The notes below the pieces were generated by a model. It did no database searches and was not told where the DNA came from. It worked only from the letters and a program-made list of their open reading frames with translations. Positions 9,021-16,558 of a stretch of 57,769 nucleotides of DNA are shown here, in pieces. The translations under genes were made by a program, and so were the position numbers. The stretch comes from an uncultured Pirellulales bacterium. GTDB lineage: Bacteria > Planctomycetota > Phycisphaerae > Sedimentisphaerales > Anaerobacaceae. Every line of letters starts with the position of its first letter. Positions within the stretch are counted from its first letter, which is position 1. The DNA lies in NCBI GenBank assembly GCA_964601185.1, contig CAZRMQ010000002.1, positions 1 through 57,769 on the forward strand, written 5' to 3'.

Positions 9021-11198
9021 TTATGGTGCCTCTACCCATGGATCTTCCATACAGGTCAAGAATGTGTATGGTGTGCTTGTACCGACTCTGTATTGCCATT
9101 CAACCGATGTAAATGCGGTTTTAACCACATCCTTGGCATTCGTAAATATTCCTACGCCTAGTGCATAGTGATAACCAGTGAACAAGCACGTGGCTTCGTA
9201 AGCATTGGCGTTCCCATTGCCATCGACATGTGCTAATCTTTCATATATGTAATCGTCGTCGTGGGTAGTTGGATCTGGATGTCCAGTTCCAGGTACTATC
9301 GTGCGCCATTGGGTATCCACAGGAGAAGATGCAGCCGCATATGTGCCGTCTGGATTGGCATGGCAATACCTTATTGCTCCACCACCAAGGCCCAGCATCT
9401 GGAAATGTTTGTTTACATAATCGGCAAGTCCTGGACACTGGCTACTTTCATTAGGATCATGAAGCAACCAAATTGGTGACGGCCCCCACATGGGTCCAGA
9501 TAAATCAAAGGAGCCTGAAAGATTGTTAAAAACTGCATTAGCGGGAATGTTAGGATTTGTTCCCCCTATGCCATTTGCTGCATTACATACGAATTCGATT
9601 CTCTTTTCTGTTACACTACTCCCAGATGGTGTGCCCCAAGTAACGTACACTGTATGTGATGTTGTGCTTATAGGATACCAAGTATTTGTGCCGCTGGGAA
9701 CTTTGTATTTCCAGTTAATCTGGAAATTACCACTGTATTTATTCACCTGATTTATAATGTTTCCCGTTATGCCAAGAGTAGCTGGAGCGCTGGTTAAGCC
9801 ACTGAAAGTTACATTGCTTACTTCGTTCCAGTCCTCGGTGCCACTAGCATCAATTATCATCGAAGTAGAGTAAGGGTAGGTTAGGGCCTCAGAGATCTTC
9901 AATATAAGGTTCGTCAAAGATATAGAATTAGAGTCCTTTGTAACACATACAGGATCACTCTTGTTGGCATCCGAGTCATAGACAGGATCCGTGAAGGGTG
10001 TCGTACCATCCGCCCAACCGCCCCATTGTGACGGCGTTTTATCAAGTTCATGGTCACCGCCAAAACCAAATTGATATACTGTTGGCTCCATAACCTTTAT
10101 TGTAATGGTTTTTCCAGAATCATACGAGCCGCATTTAGCTGTCAATGTGTATGTACCACTATTGGTGAAACTAACATCAATAGTTTGGCCTGTGCCGCTG
10201 ACTATCCCCGACCAATGTGGTTCTCCTGCAGGCCAGGTGCCAGATGGATATGGAACGCCTTTAAAAGTATATTTTGCACTCTTAAGAACTGTAATAGTGC
10301 TACCACCATAAATAGTACACCAGCCATAGTAATCATTTGGATATACCTCCAAGTTGCTAACCTCCATAACGTAGACAGTTTTGTATTCGTAGGCGTTTCC
10401 GCAAGCTGCTGTTACCCCATATCCGCTTGCCGTGTACCAACGCGTGGTAAATGTTGTGCCGGCCCCTGTATCTGGGCTGCCTCCTGGGGCACTCCAAGTG
10501 ACAAGGTCTCCATGACCTTTAGGGTTGGTTATTGCCGTGAAGGTAATATCGCTGCCGACACAAACAGTGTCATTGGAGCTTATATAATCAACCTCAACAA
10601 CGGCAACTTGCTTTTGCATGCTGTTATTACAGCCTGTAGCGGTTACTGTTTTCATACCTGCTGTGTCCCATCTGGTGGTGTAGCTTCCACCGCTTCCCGA
10701 TGTTGGGCTATCACCACCGCTCCAGCTTATACATTCATACTTTCCCGGAGGGCTGGTTGTTACCGTGAATGTAATATAACCGTACCGACACACAGCATCT
10801 GCCGAATTCACACTGACTATATTCACCGGCAGTACATTAACAGAACGTGTACGGCTGTTTGTCTTATCCGAGCAACCAGGCCCTGTTCCGCAACAACATG
10901 GCCGGTCATCGTCGGTGACCGTTAGAGTTACAGATTTTTCACCTGTACTGCACCATTTAGTTGTAAAATATTTACCAGCTCCCGTAGACGGTGATGCCCC
11001 TCCCGATGCAGACCAACCCTCTCCAATAGAGCAACCGTCTGGATCGTAGGAAGAAGATGTAAAGGTTGCTTGGTCCCCGCAGTATACGGAACTCGGCCCA
11101 CTAAAGTTAGCCACCGGCGGCGAGCAGGCCGCATAAACTACAACGGTTACACAAGTAATAACGAAACCACAGCAGAAAATTATGACTTTCTTATTCAT
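9021..11198 (-). CDS. Secreted PKD/Ig-like repeat protein with a transglutaminase-like (Cys-His-Asp/Glu) C-terminal domain
   Basis: 725 aa. Signal/anchor MNKKVIIFCCGFVITCVTVVVYA. A PKD-like block (ANFSGPS..ATFTSSSYDPDG...VTLTVTDDD) is followed by three further ~70-aa W-S-x-GG-SP-x-G...TT(R/K)W...V(T)A.CG modules. The C-terminus carries SQCPGLADYVNKHFQMLG, then YCHANPDG/LAHVDG and AYEAT. Confidence 0.7.
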   Translation of the reverse strand: MNKKVIIFCCGFVITCVTVVVYAACSPPVANFSGPSSVYCGDQATFTSSSYDPDGCSIGEGWSASGGASPSTGAGKYFTTKWCSTGEKSVTLTVTDDDRPCCCGTGPGCSDKTNSRTRSVNVLPVNIVSVNSADAVCRYGYITFTVTTSPPGKYECISWSGGDSPTSGSGGSYTTRWDTAGMKTVTATGCNNSMQKQVAVVEVDYISSNDTVCVGSDITFTAITNPKGHGDLVTWSAPGGSPDTGAGTTFTTRWYTASGYGVTAACGNAYEYKTVYVMEVSNLEVYPNDYYGWCTIYGGSTITVLKSAKYTFKGVPYPSGTWPAGEPHWSGIVSGTGQTIDVSFTNSGTYTLTAKCGSYDSGKTITIKVMEPTVYQFGFGGDHELDKTPSQWGGWADGTTPFTDPVYDSDANKSDPVCVTKDSNSISLTNLILKISEALTYPYSTSMIIDASGTEDWNEVSNVTFSGLTSAPATLGITGNIINQVNKYSGNFQINWKYKVPSGTNTWYPISTTSHTVYVTWGTPSGSSVTEKRIEFVCNAANGIGGTNPNIPANAVFNNLSGSFDLSGPMWGPSPIWLLHDPNESSQCPGLADYVNKHFQMLGLGGGAIRYCHANPDGTYAAASSPVDTQWRTIVPGTGHPDPTTHDDDYIYERLAHVDGNGNANAYEATCLFTGYHYALGVGIFTNAKDVVKTAFTSVEWQYRVGTSTPYTFLTCMEDPWVEAP

Positions 11199-12729
11199 AT
11201 TTATGTTCCTCGTCTACTAATTCCTCTATTTCTGTAGAACTCCACTGCACAAGAAGATCACGAGCAGCTTCAACAGCCTTGCAATCCGGATAATCTGAAA
11301 GGAGCCTTTCGCAGGCATGAATTATTTGAACGGCAGCTTCTTTTTTGGAAATACGTCCTGAATTTTCTAATTCCTCAAGGCAACGGGCAATTAGAAATTG
11401 GGCGTGCCAGGTGTATTCGTAGTAAGGCCAGTTATCAACTACCTTTTGGTAATACTCTATGGCCTTTTCATATTGACCTAATTGGCGATAACATTCAGCA
11501 GAGAATTGGTAAGCCTGAGCGGTAGTAATCGAAGGAGGCAGCTCTTTAATTATCCTTTCCCACACAGCAAGAGCTTTTGTGAAATATTCAATAGACTTGT
11601 CGTTAGGTTCTTTTTTGCGATCATCTTGTCTATGCTCAGAAAAAGCCTGTGCCCAATATTGTTCACCAATGCTGAATACGCCGTTAGGCATCTCGGGATG
11701 GTCTCTGAACTCGGAAATTATCTTGTCAATCACCTTCTGCGTAGCCGCATCATTTCCACGAGCGATATCTATTCTTGCCAAGCCCACCTTTGCCCACAAT
11801 AGTATCTTGTTGCCAAACCATTTGTTAACAATGTATTTGTAAAGGTCAGTAGCTATTTCATATTTACCGGTATCGCGATACGCGTCGGCGATAAGGTTGG
11901 CAACCTCAGGCAGCCGATTATCATCGGCATAATCAATGAGTATTTGCTCTTTAAGCGAGTCGCCGGTATGGAAATCGGAAAGTCGGATACTTGTGACCGC
12001 AAGACCTGTCTTCGTCCAGATAGATTCGGAAGCAGAGATGCCTTTTGCAGCCAGTTCATACATTTGGCGAGTCTTTTCGCTGTTGATGTTTCGCCAGCGG
12101 AGATTGTCGCCGATGACGTTTAGAGCTTGGTAAAACTGCGGATGGTTTGAGTAATTTGTGCTGAGCTTTTCAAAGGCTGCATCTGCGGCGTCGTTGTTTT
12201 TCAGACACGTATTGCAGACGACTAAGCCTGCCATCGCCCAAACATTGTAATCACTATTGGGCCAGTTATCCAGAACGTATTGATAGCTTGAGGCTGCATT
12301 GTTATGTCTGTTTTTATTGCGATATGAATCCCCGACGTGAATCAGTGCTTCAGCTATATTGGGATGGTCGCGAAAATCGGTGACAAGTTTTTGCCGGGAA
12401 GATTCAATAAGCTCGTTTTTGCCCCAGCTAATATACAAGCAAGTAAGCTTTTCCTGTGCTTGAAAGGCATAGTCGGTTTGCGGGTGGTCTGCGACGATTT
12501 TGTTATAGATTGTCTCAGCCTGCTCGTATTGGCCATTTTTGAATAAAGTTTCCGCTTTTTCAAGTTGGGTGGAGGTATTAGCATAAGAAATGCAAGCCAG
12601 TTGAATTATAAGGATAGTACATATCCATAGCGCAACCTGTCTTGAGCGCAGCCTGCACTGAGCACTGTTGAAGTGTCGAAAGAATCGTGTAATTCCTGTC
12701 CTGAGCGTAGTCGATGGTTTGGTAAGCAT
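11191..12729 (-). CDS. TPR-repeat protein with an N-terminal membrane anchor
   Basis: 512 aa. Hydrophobic segment VALWICTILIIQLACISYA, then repeated 34-aa TPR-like units (e.g. AETLFKNGQYEQAETIYNKIVADHP, AECYRQLGQYEKAIEYYQKVVDNWP). The 3-prime end overlaps the next gene by 8 nt. Confidence 0.75.
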   Translation of the reverse strand: MLTKPSTTLRTGITRFFRHFNSAQCRLRSRQVALWICTILIIQLACISYANTSTQLEKAETLFKNGQYEQAETIYNKIVADHPQTDYAFQAQEKLTCLYISWGKNELIESSRQKLVTDFRDHPNIAEALIHVGDSYRNKNRHNNAASSYQYVLDNWPNSDYNVWAMAGLVVCNTCLKNNDAADAAFEKLSTNYSNHPQFYQALNVIGDNLRWRNINSEKTRQMYELAAKGISASESIWTKTGLAVTSIRLSDFHTGDSLKEQILIDYADDNRLPEVANLIADAYRDTGKYEIATDLYKYIVNKWFGNKILLWAKVGLARIDIARGNDAATQKVIDKIISEFRDHPEMPNGVFSIGEQYWAQAFSEHRQDDRKKEPNDKSIEYFTKALAVWERIIKELPPSITTAQAYQFSAECYRQLGQYEKAIEYYQKVVDNWPYYEYTWHAQFLIARCLEELENSGRISKKEAAVQIIHACERLLSDYPDCKAVEAARDLLVQWSSTEIEELVDEEHKYE

Positions 12730-12993
12730 AATTAGTCTCCCGTATTGTTAAAAATTCCGCTCCCCGCTTGCGCGAGGACAAGTTTTTTTGATTTTTTGCC
12801 GGCTGGTTATTTAAGAGTGATTCCGGTTGCTTAACCGGTTTTTGTATCTCCGCCTCTTTTGATGACTGTTAAATTGCACTAAAATCAACTTAACAAGTGA
12901 TGTATAAACCTCTCAGATAGAATTGTCAAGAAAATTCTCAAAAATACCGGAATACCATTATGATTATATGGCTATTCTTACAACAAAAAAGGT

Positions 12994-13022
12994 TTGCATT
13001 TATAAAACAGCTAAGGTATAAT
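12994..13022 (+). promoter_or_regulatory. Near-consensus sigma70-type promoter for the HTH/acidic membrane protein gene
   Basis: TTGCAT (12994..12999), an exact 17-nt spacer, then TATAAT (13017..13022), about 88 nt upstream of ATG 13110. Confidence 0.45.
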
Positions 13023-13109
13023 CTAACTGTAATAATTGTGTTTCAATCCAAAAGACGGGTCTTAACAGCTTGAAAAACCAAGTTGTTATCGAATTGGAGA
13101 TGAGCGATT

Positions 13110-14339
13110 ATGGCTGGTATGTTTTATTCACTGAAGGAGGCAGCCGCGAAGCTCAACATGACAGAGCAGGAAGTAAAAGAGTTGGCCAGGCAGGGCAAAT
13201 TGCGCGAGTTTCGTGACGGCTCCAATTTACTGTTTAAGGTTGACGAAGTAGAAGCTCTGATGGCTGATACAGGTATTGCGGTATCTCAAGGTGAGCCGCT
13301 TCCATCGGAAGAGCCTGAAGAGTTTGCAGAGGCTCCGGAATCCGAACTAACATTTGAGCCGGAAGAAATAGGAGAAGCTGAGCCGGAGCCAGAGGCGGAA
13401 GAAAAAGCATTCGAGCAGCCTATTGAGCCTGAAGAGGAAATAGCAGGAGAAGAAATAGAGGAAGAAGCAGGAGAAGAAATAGGAGAAGCAGCAGAGGAAG
13501 CAGAGGAAGAAGGAGAGGAAGAAGAGATTTTATTGGCGCCGGAAAGCGGGGCACCGGCAGCGGAGGGTGATTTAACCAGTGCTGACACCGCCCTGTCCGG
13601 TGAAGGAGTCAACGTACTTGGCGAAACGGACCGTGATTATCAGCTTACAGACGATACTTTGGCTGAGACAACAATCGCACCGGGAACAGGCGGCACCGCG
13701 GGCATAAGCGGCACAACCGGTGAGGCCTTGCTGGAAGAGATTGAAGATGATGTTAGCCTGGATTCTTTCGGCAGCGGCTCAGGACTGCTCGACCTTTCGC
13801 TGCAGGCCGATGACACCTCATTAGGTGGTATTCTTGACGAAATCTACACGGCTGAGGGTGGGGAGGAAGGTCAGGAATCAGACGAGCCTGCTTCAGCGAT
13901 GGACATTGTTGCTGAGGCGGAATCAGCAGCGGGCGGAATTCGGGAAGAAGATCTGATCGGTCCAACCCCCCTAAGCGTGGCCCCGATGGTTGCGACGATG
14001 GCTCAGCCATATATCGAGGCGCAGCCGGACGCCATGAGCGACTCGTTGGGCATTATGTTGTTTCTGCCACTGTTGGCACTTGTTTATGCGGGGATAGTAA
14101 CTGTCGCTGCGCTTAGAGATGTAATGCCTACAATTCTCGGCAAGATAAAAACGCCGTATATTGGTTTATACATCATGGTTGGCTTTTCAGTAGCGGCACT
14201 TTTAACATTCGGCGTAAGTTTTATGCTTAGCGGCGGAATCAGCACAGCCGGCACAAAGGAAAAAAAGCCGAAAAAGCCAAAAGAGAAAAAGCCCAAAAAA
14301 GAGAAAAAAGCTAAAAAATCGAAAAAGACGGCTTCGTGA
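13110..14339 (+). CDS. HTH (excisionase/MerR-like HTH_17-type) protein with a polyacidic linker, two C-terminal TM helices and a Lys-rich tail
   Basis: N-terminus FYSLKEAAAKLNMTEQEVKELARQGKLREFRDGSNLLFKVDEVEAL, then a ~100-aa E/P/A-rich tract and the motif GSGLLDLSLQADDTSLGGILDEIY. Two hydrophobic helices follow, and the protein ends KEKKPKKPKEKKPKKEKKAKKSKK. GGAG lies 8 nt upstream of the ATG. Confidence 0.75.
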   Translation: MAGMFYSLKEAAAKLNMTEQEVKELARQGKLREFRDGSNLLFKVDEVEALMADTGIAVSQGEPLPSEEPEEFAEAPESELTFEPEEIGEAEPEPEAEEKAFEQPIEPEEEIAGEEIEEEAGEEIGEAAEEAEEEGEEEEILLAPESGAPAAEGDLTSADTALSGEGVNVLGETDRDYQLTDDTLAETTIAPGTGGTAGISGTTGEALLEEIEDDVSLDSFGSGSGLLDLSLQADDTSLGGILDEIYTAEGGEEGQESDEPASAMDIVAEAESAAGGIREEDLIGPTPLSVAPMVATMAQPYIEAQPDAMSDSLGIMLFLPLLALVYAGIVTVAALRDVMPTILGKIKTPYIGLYIMVGFSVAALLTFGVSFMLSGGISTAGTKEKKPKKPKEKKPKKEKKAKKSKKTAS

Positions 14340-14441
14340 GAATCTGAGGATTAACCTTTAGCGGAACAATTCATCATCGACTCTTTAAGTAGGTAAAATC
14401 ATATCTGCGCAGATATTTCCTCAAAAGAGGCAATTTTAAGC

Positions 14442-15869
14442 TTACTCATTTTCTTTTTGGATAGGCCAGAAAACAGAATCACCATTATCCGCCCATAATC
14501 TTCTCGGCTCGCCTCTTGAATTCTTTCCAATTTGACCGCCGTCATCGGTAAAATTATAGCTAAAGCTGTAGAGGATAAAATCATCATCTGTTCTTTTATA
14601 AACCAACGGCTTATTGCTAAATGGGTCCATCGGCAATTCTTTCAAATAACCCGATGTCACCAGCTTATCAAGGCCGGCAGGGTATTCTTTGTTATCCAGG
14701 CAATACTGCTTGAGAGCTAAAATCATTACCGTTGCTTCATGCGAGATTTTAGCCCGATATACTATTTCAGAGACCCGATCGGCGGCTGGCATAAAGTAGC
14801 GTAATAAAAAGTACCTGTATTCAGATAGGGAAAAGAGCATTTTTTCAGCGTTATCAAGCTTGCGAATATGTTTTTCATACGGGGTTATTTTTGCATTCTC
14901 AGCACATCTATTATAAAACTCGTTGGCCTTAGACACTGTTTCATCTCGCCTTGCATGTATAATGCTTGCTGCGGTTGAAAGAGGCGTGAGCAGTCCGAAA
15001 TCCTTCCACATTTCAAAATCATTTTCATTGTCCATCCACCAGCCCCATTTTTGAGGAATCAGGTGGCCGCCTCCCAGTCCTCCATCGGTGAATACGTTTT
15101 GGACTATATCCAGAAATGCCAGTCTTTCACCTTCCGTATTCATTAGTGGATAACCTTGTTCATAAATCTGTGATAACTGTTGCTGGACTTGTTTTAAGTC
15201 GGTTGTCGGAATATCCGTGGTTGCTAAGATATTCAGTATTTGATTATGGGCAAGTGCACTGATAGCTGTCCCCACCAGCTGTTCAACAATCGTTCCCTTT
15301 CCCTGCCAATGACTGCCGGCTCGTGCAACAGCAACGCAATCTTCAAGTCCCTGGCGCGTTTGTCCTTCCTTTACATGTATGCGTGATTGCCAAATACCGA
15401 GCCTTGCCAGATGTTTGATCCTGTTTAGGTTCGGCAAAGTGATATCCCACAAAGTTCTTTTCTTGCTGTTCGGATCACATGTATATTCTTTGTAGCAATA
15501 TGACTTTGAGCTGCCGGCCTTAAATTCCTGCCAGGCGGCTTCGTTCTCTTTAAACCAGGGACTGAGATATTCATATTCGAGATCTGATAGCGCAATTCGA
15601 GCGGTCTTTGGCAGATAGTTATAACGCTTCATCCATTCACGAAGCACTGCGACTGTAACTGCTTCGAGAAAATTGGGTGGAACCTTATTCAGTCTTGCCC
15701 AATTCGTCAGTTCGGCGTCTGGAAAACCATCAGCTTTCGGAAACTCTACTCCGTCATGAGTTGAAACCGTTACAGGCTTACCTTGCTTAATGGCTTCAAC
15801 AGCATGATATATCATTAATTTAAATTGGATATATTGCGGTGCTTTCGTCTCTTTGAAAATAGGCACCAA
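14442..15869 (-). CDS. C-terminal part of the fourth PadR-linked membrane-protein paralog; its frame continues upstream to the TAG at 15942..15944
   Basis: 475-aa ORF. It carries the paralog motifs IVEQLVGTAISA, FTDGGLGGGHL and a GspG-like end YPAGLDKLVTSGYLKELPMDPFSNKPLVYKRTDDDFILYSFSYNFTDDGG. It has no N-terminal TM helix or head of its own. Confidence 0.6.
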   Translation of the reverse strand: MVPIFKETKAPQYIQFKLMIYHAVEAIKQGKPVTVSTHDGVEFPKADGFPDAELTNWARLNKVPPNFLEAVTVAVLREWMKRYNYLPKTARIALSDLEYEYLSPWFKENEAAWQEFKAGSSKSYCYKEYTCDPNSKKRTLWDITLPNLNRIKHLARLGIWQSRIHVKEGQTRQGLEDCVAVARAGSHWQGKGTIVEQLVGTAISALAHNQILNILATTDIPTTDLKQVQQQLSQIYEQGYPLMNTEGERLAFLDIVQNVFTDGGLGGGHLIPQKWGWWMDNENDFEMWKDFGLLTPLSTAASIIHARRDETVSKANEFYNRCAENAKITPYEKHIRKLDNAEKMLFSLSEYRYFLLRYFMPAADRVSEIVYRAKISHEATVMILALKQYCLDNKEYPAGLDKLVTSGYLKELPMDPFSNKPLVYKRTDDDFILYSFSYNFTDDGGQIGKNSRGEPRRLWADNGDSVFWPIQKENE

Positions 15870-15941
15870 ATTGTATCGGAAACATTTAAGAATTATGGCT
15901 TGCTGCTCAGCAGATAAATTGTCCCAGTATTTCTTATTGTC

Positions 15942-16544
15942 CTAAATCCATTTAAGAACTTGTGTTTGTTGCTCTTCGCTTAAATCTGTGAATCGAAATA
16001 TCTCCTCCAATTTTCCCCGCCAATCACGATAGGAAATAAACTCCTCTACTACTCCACCTCTGATAGGCTCTATGTACAGATTGCTGGCTTTTTCATAGTA
16101 TGGCCAGGCGTTATCTTCGTCCCGAACCTGTGGCCGACTCATCTGGTTTAAAAGAGCTAAGTAATCTACACTAATGGCTGGTTTGCCGGTTAAAAACCAG
16201 ATAGTATAAACAGTGAAACACAAAATCAGAATGCCTATAGTCTGAAATGTTCTTACAATGACGGTTCGCCAGAGCGGCCTGCAGCGCTTCTTGGCTCGGC
16301 GTAATAAAACCGCAAGCAGTTTCACATCGCCAAACTCTGATATTAGCTTCTGGGTCTTTTGCTCTTTTTCTTGGTCGCCGTCACAATCTTTCAGCTCATC
16401 TTCAAAATGCGCCGCCAATTCCACCAGCACATCTCGCTGCACTTTCCTGCGATAGCGCATTTTGTTTACGATCAATTTTATGAAATCTATCGCGCGGGCT
16501 GGCAGCCGATTGAATTGTGATTCAGTTTCTTTCCGCTTTTCCAT
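15942..16544 (-). CDS. N-terminal part of the fourth paralog (DUF1700/HAAS-like head plus TM helix), ended by a single in-frame TAG
   Basis: 200-aa ORF. Its first 100 residues differ from the 16559..18232 paralog at 9 positions by hand count. The TM helix is TFQTIGILILCFTVYTIWFL. It stops at TAG 15942..15944, in the same frame as the 14442..15869 ORF. Confidence 0.6.
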   Translation of the reverse strand: MEKRKETESQFNRLPARAIDFIKLIVNKMRYRRKVQRDVLVELAAHFEDELKDCDGDQEKEQKTQKLISEFGDVKLLAVLLRRAKKRCRPLWRTVIVRTFQTIGILILCFTVYTIWFLTGKPAISVDYLALLNQMSRPQVRDEDNAWPYYEKASNLYIEPIRGGVVEEFISYRDWRGKLEEIFRFTDLSEEQQTQVLKWI

Positions 16545-16558
16545 ATCGCCTTATCTTA

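Noticed and set aside
12822-12846. Hairpin CCGGTT-gctt-AACCGG followed by TTTTTG in the divergent region between the TPR operon and the HTH gene; the shared 12-mer GCTTAACCGGTT also occurs near 42597
   Set aside because: No upstream plus-strand gene needs a terminator there. A 12-nt match is expected many times by chance in 58 kb on both strands.
13286-13612. 108-aa Ser/Pro/Ala-rich minus-strand ORF
   Set aside because: It is the reverse-complement reading of the GAA/GAG-rich acidic tract of the 13110..14339 gene, so it is a compositional artefact.
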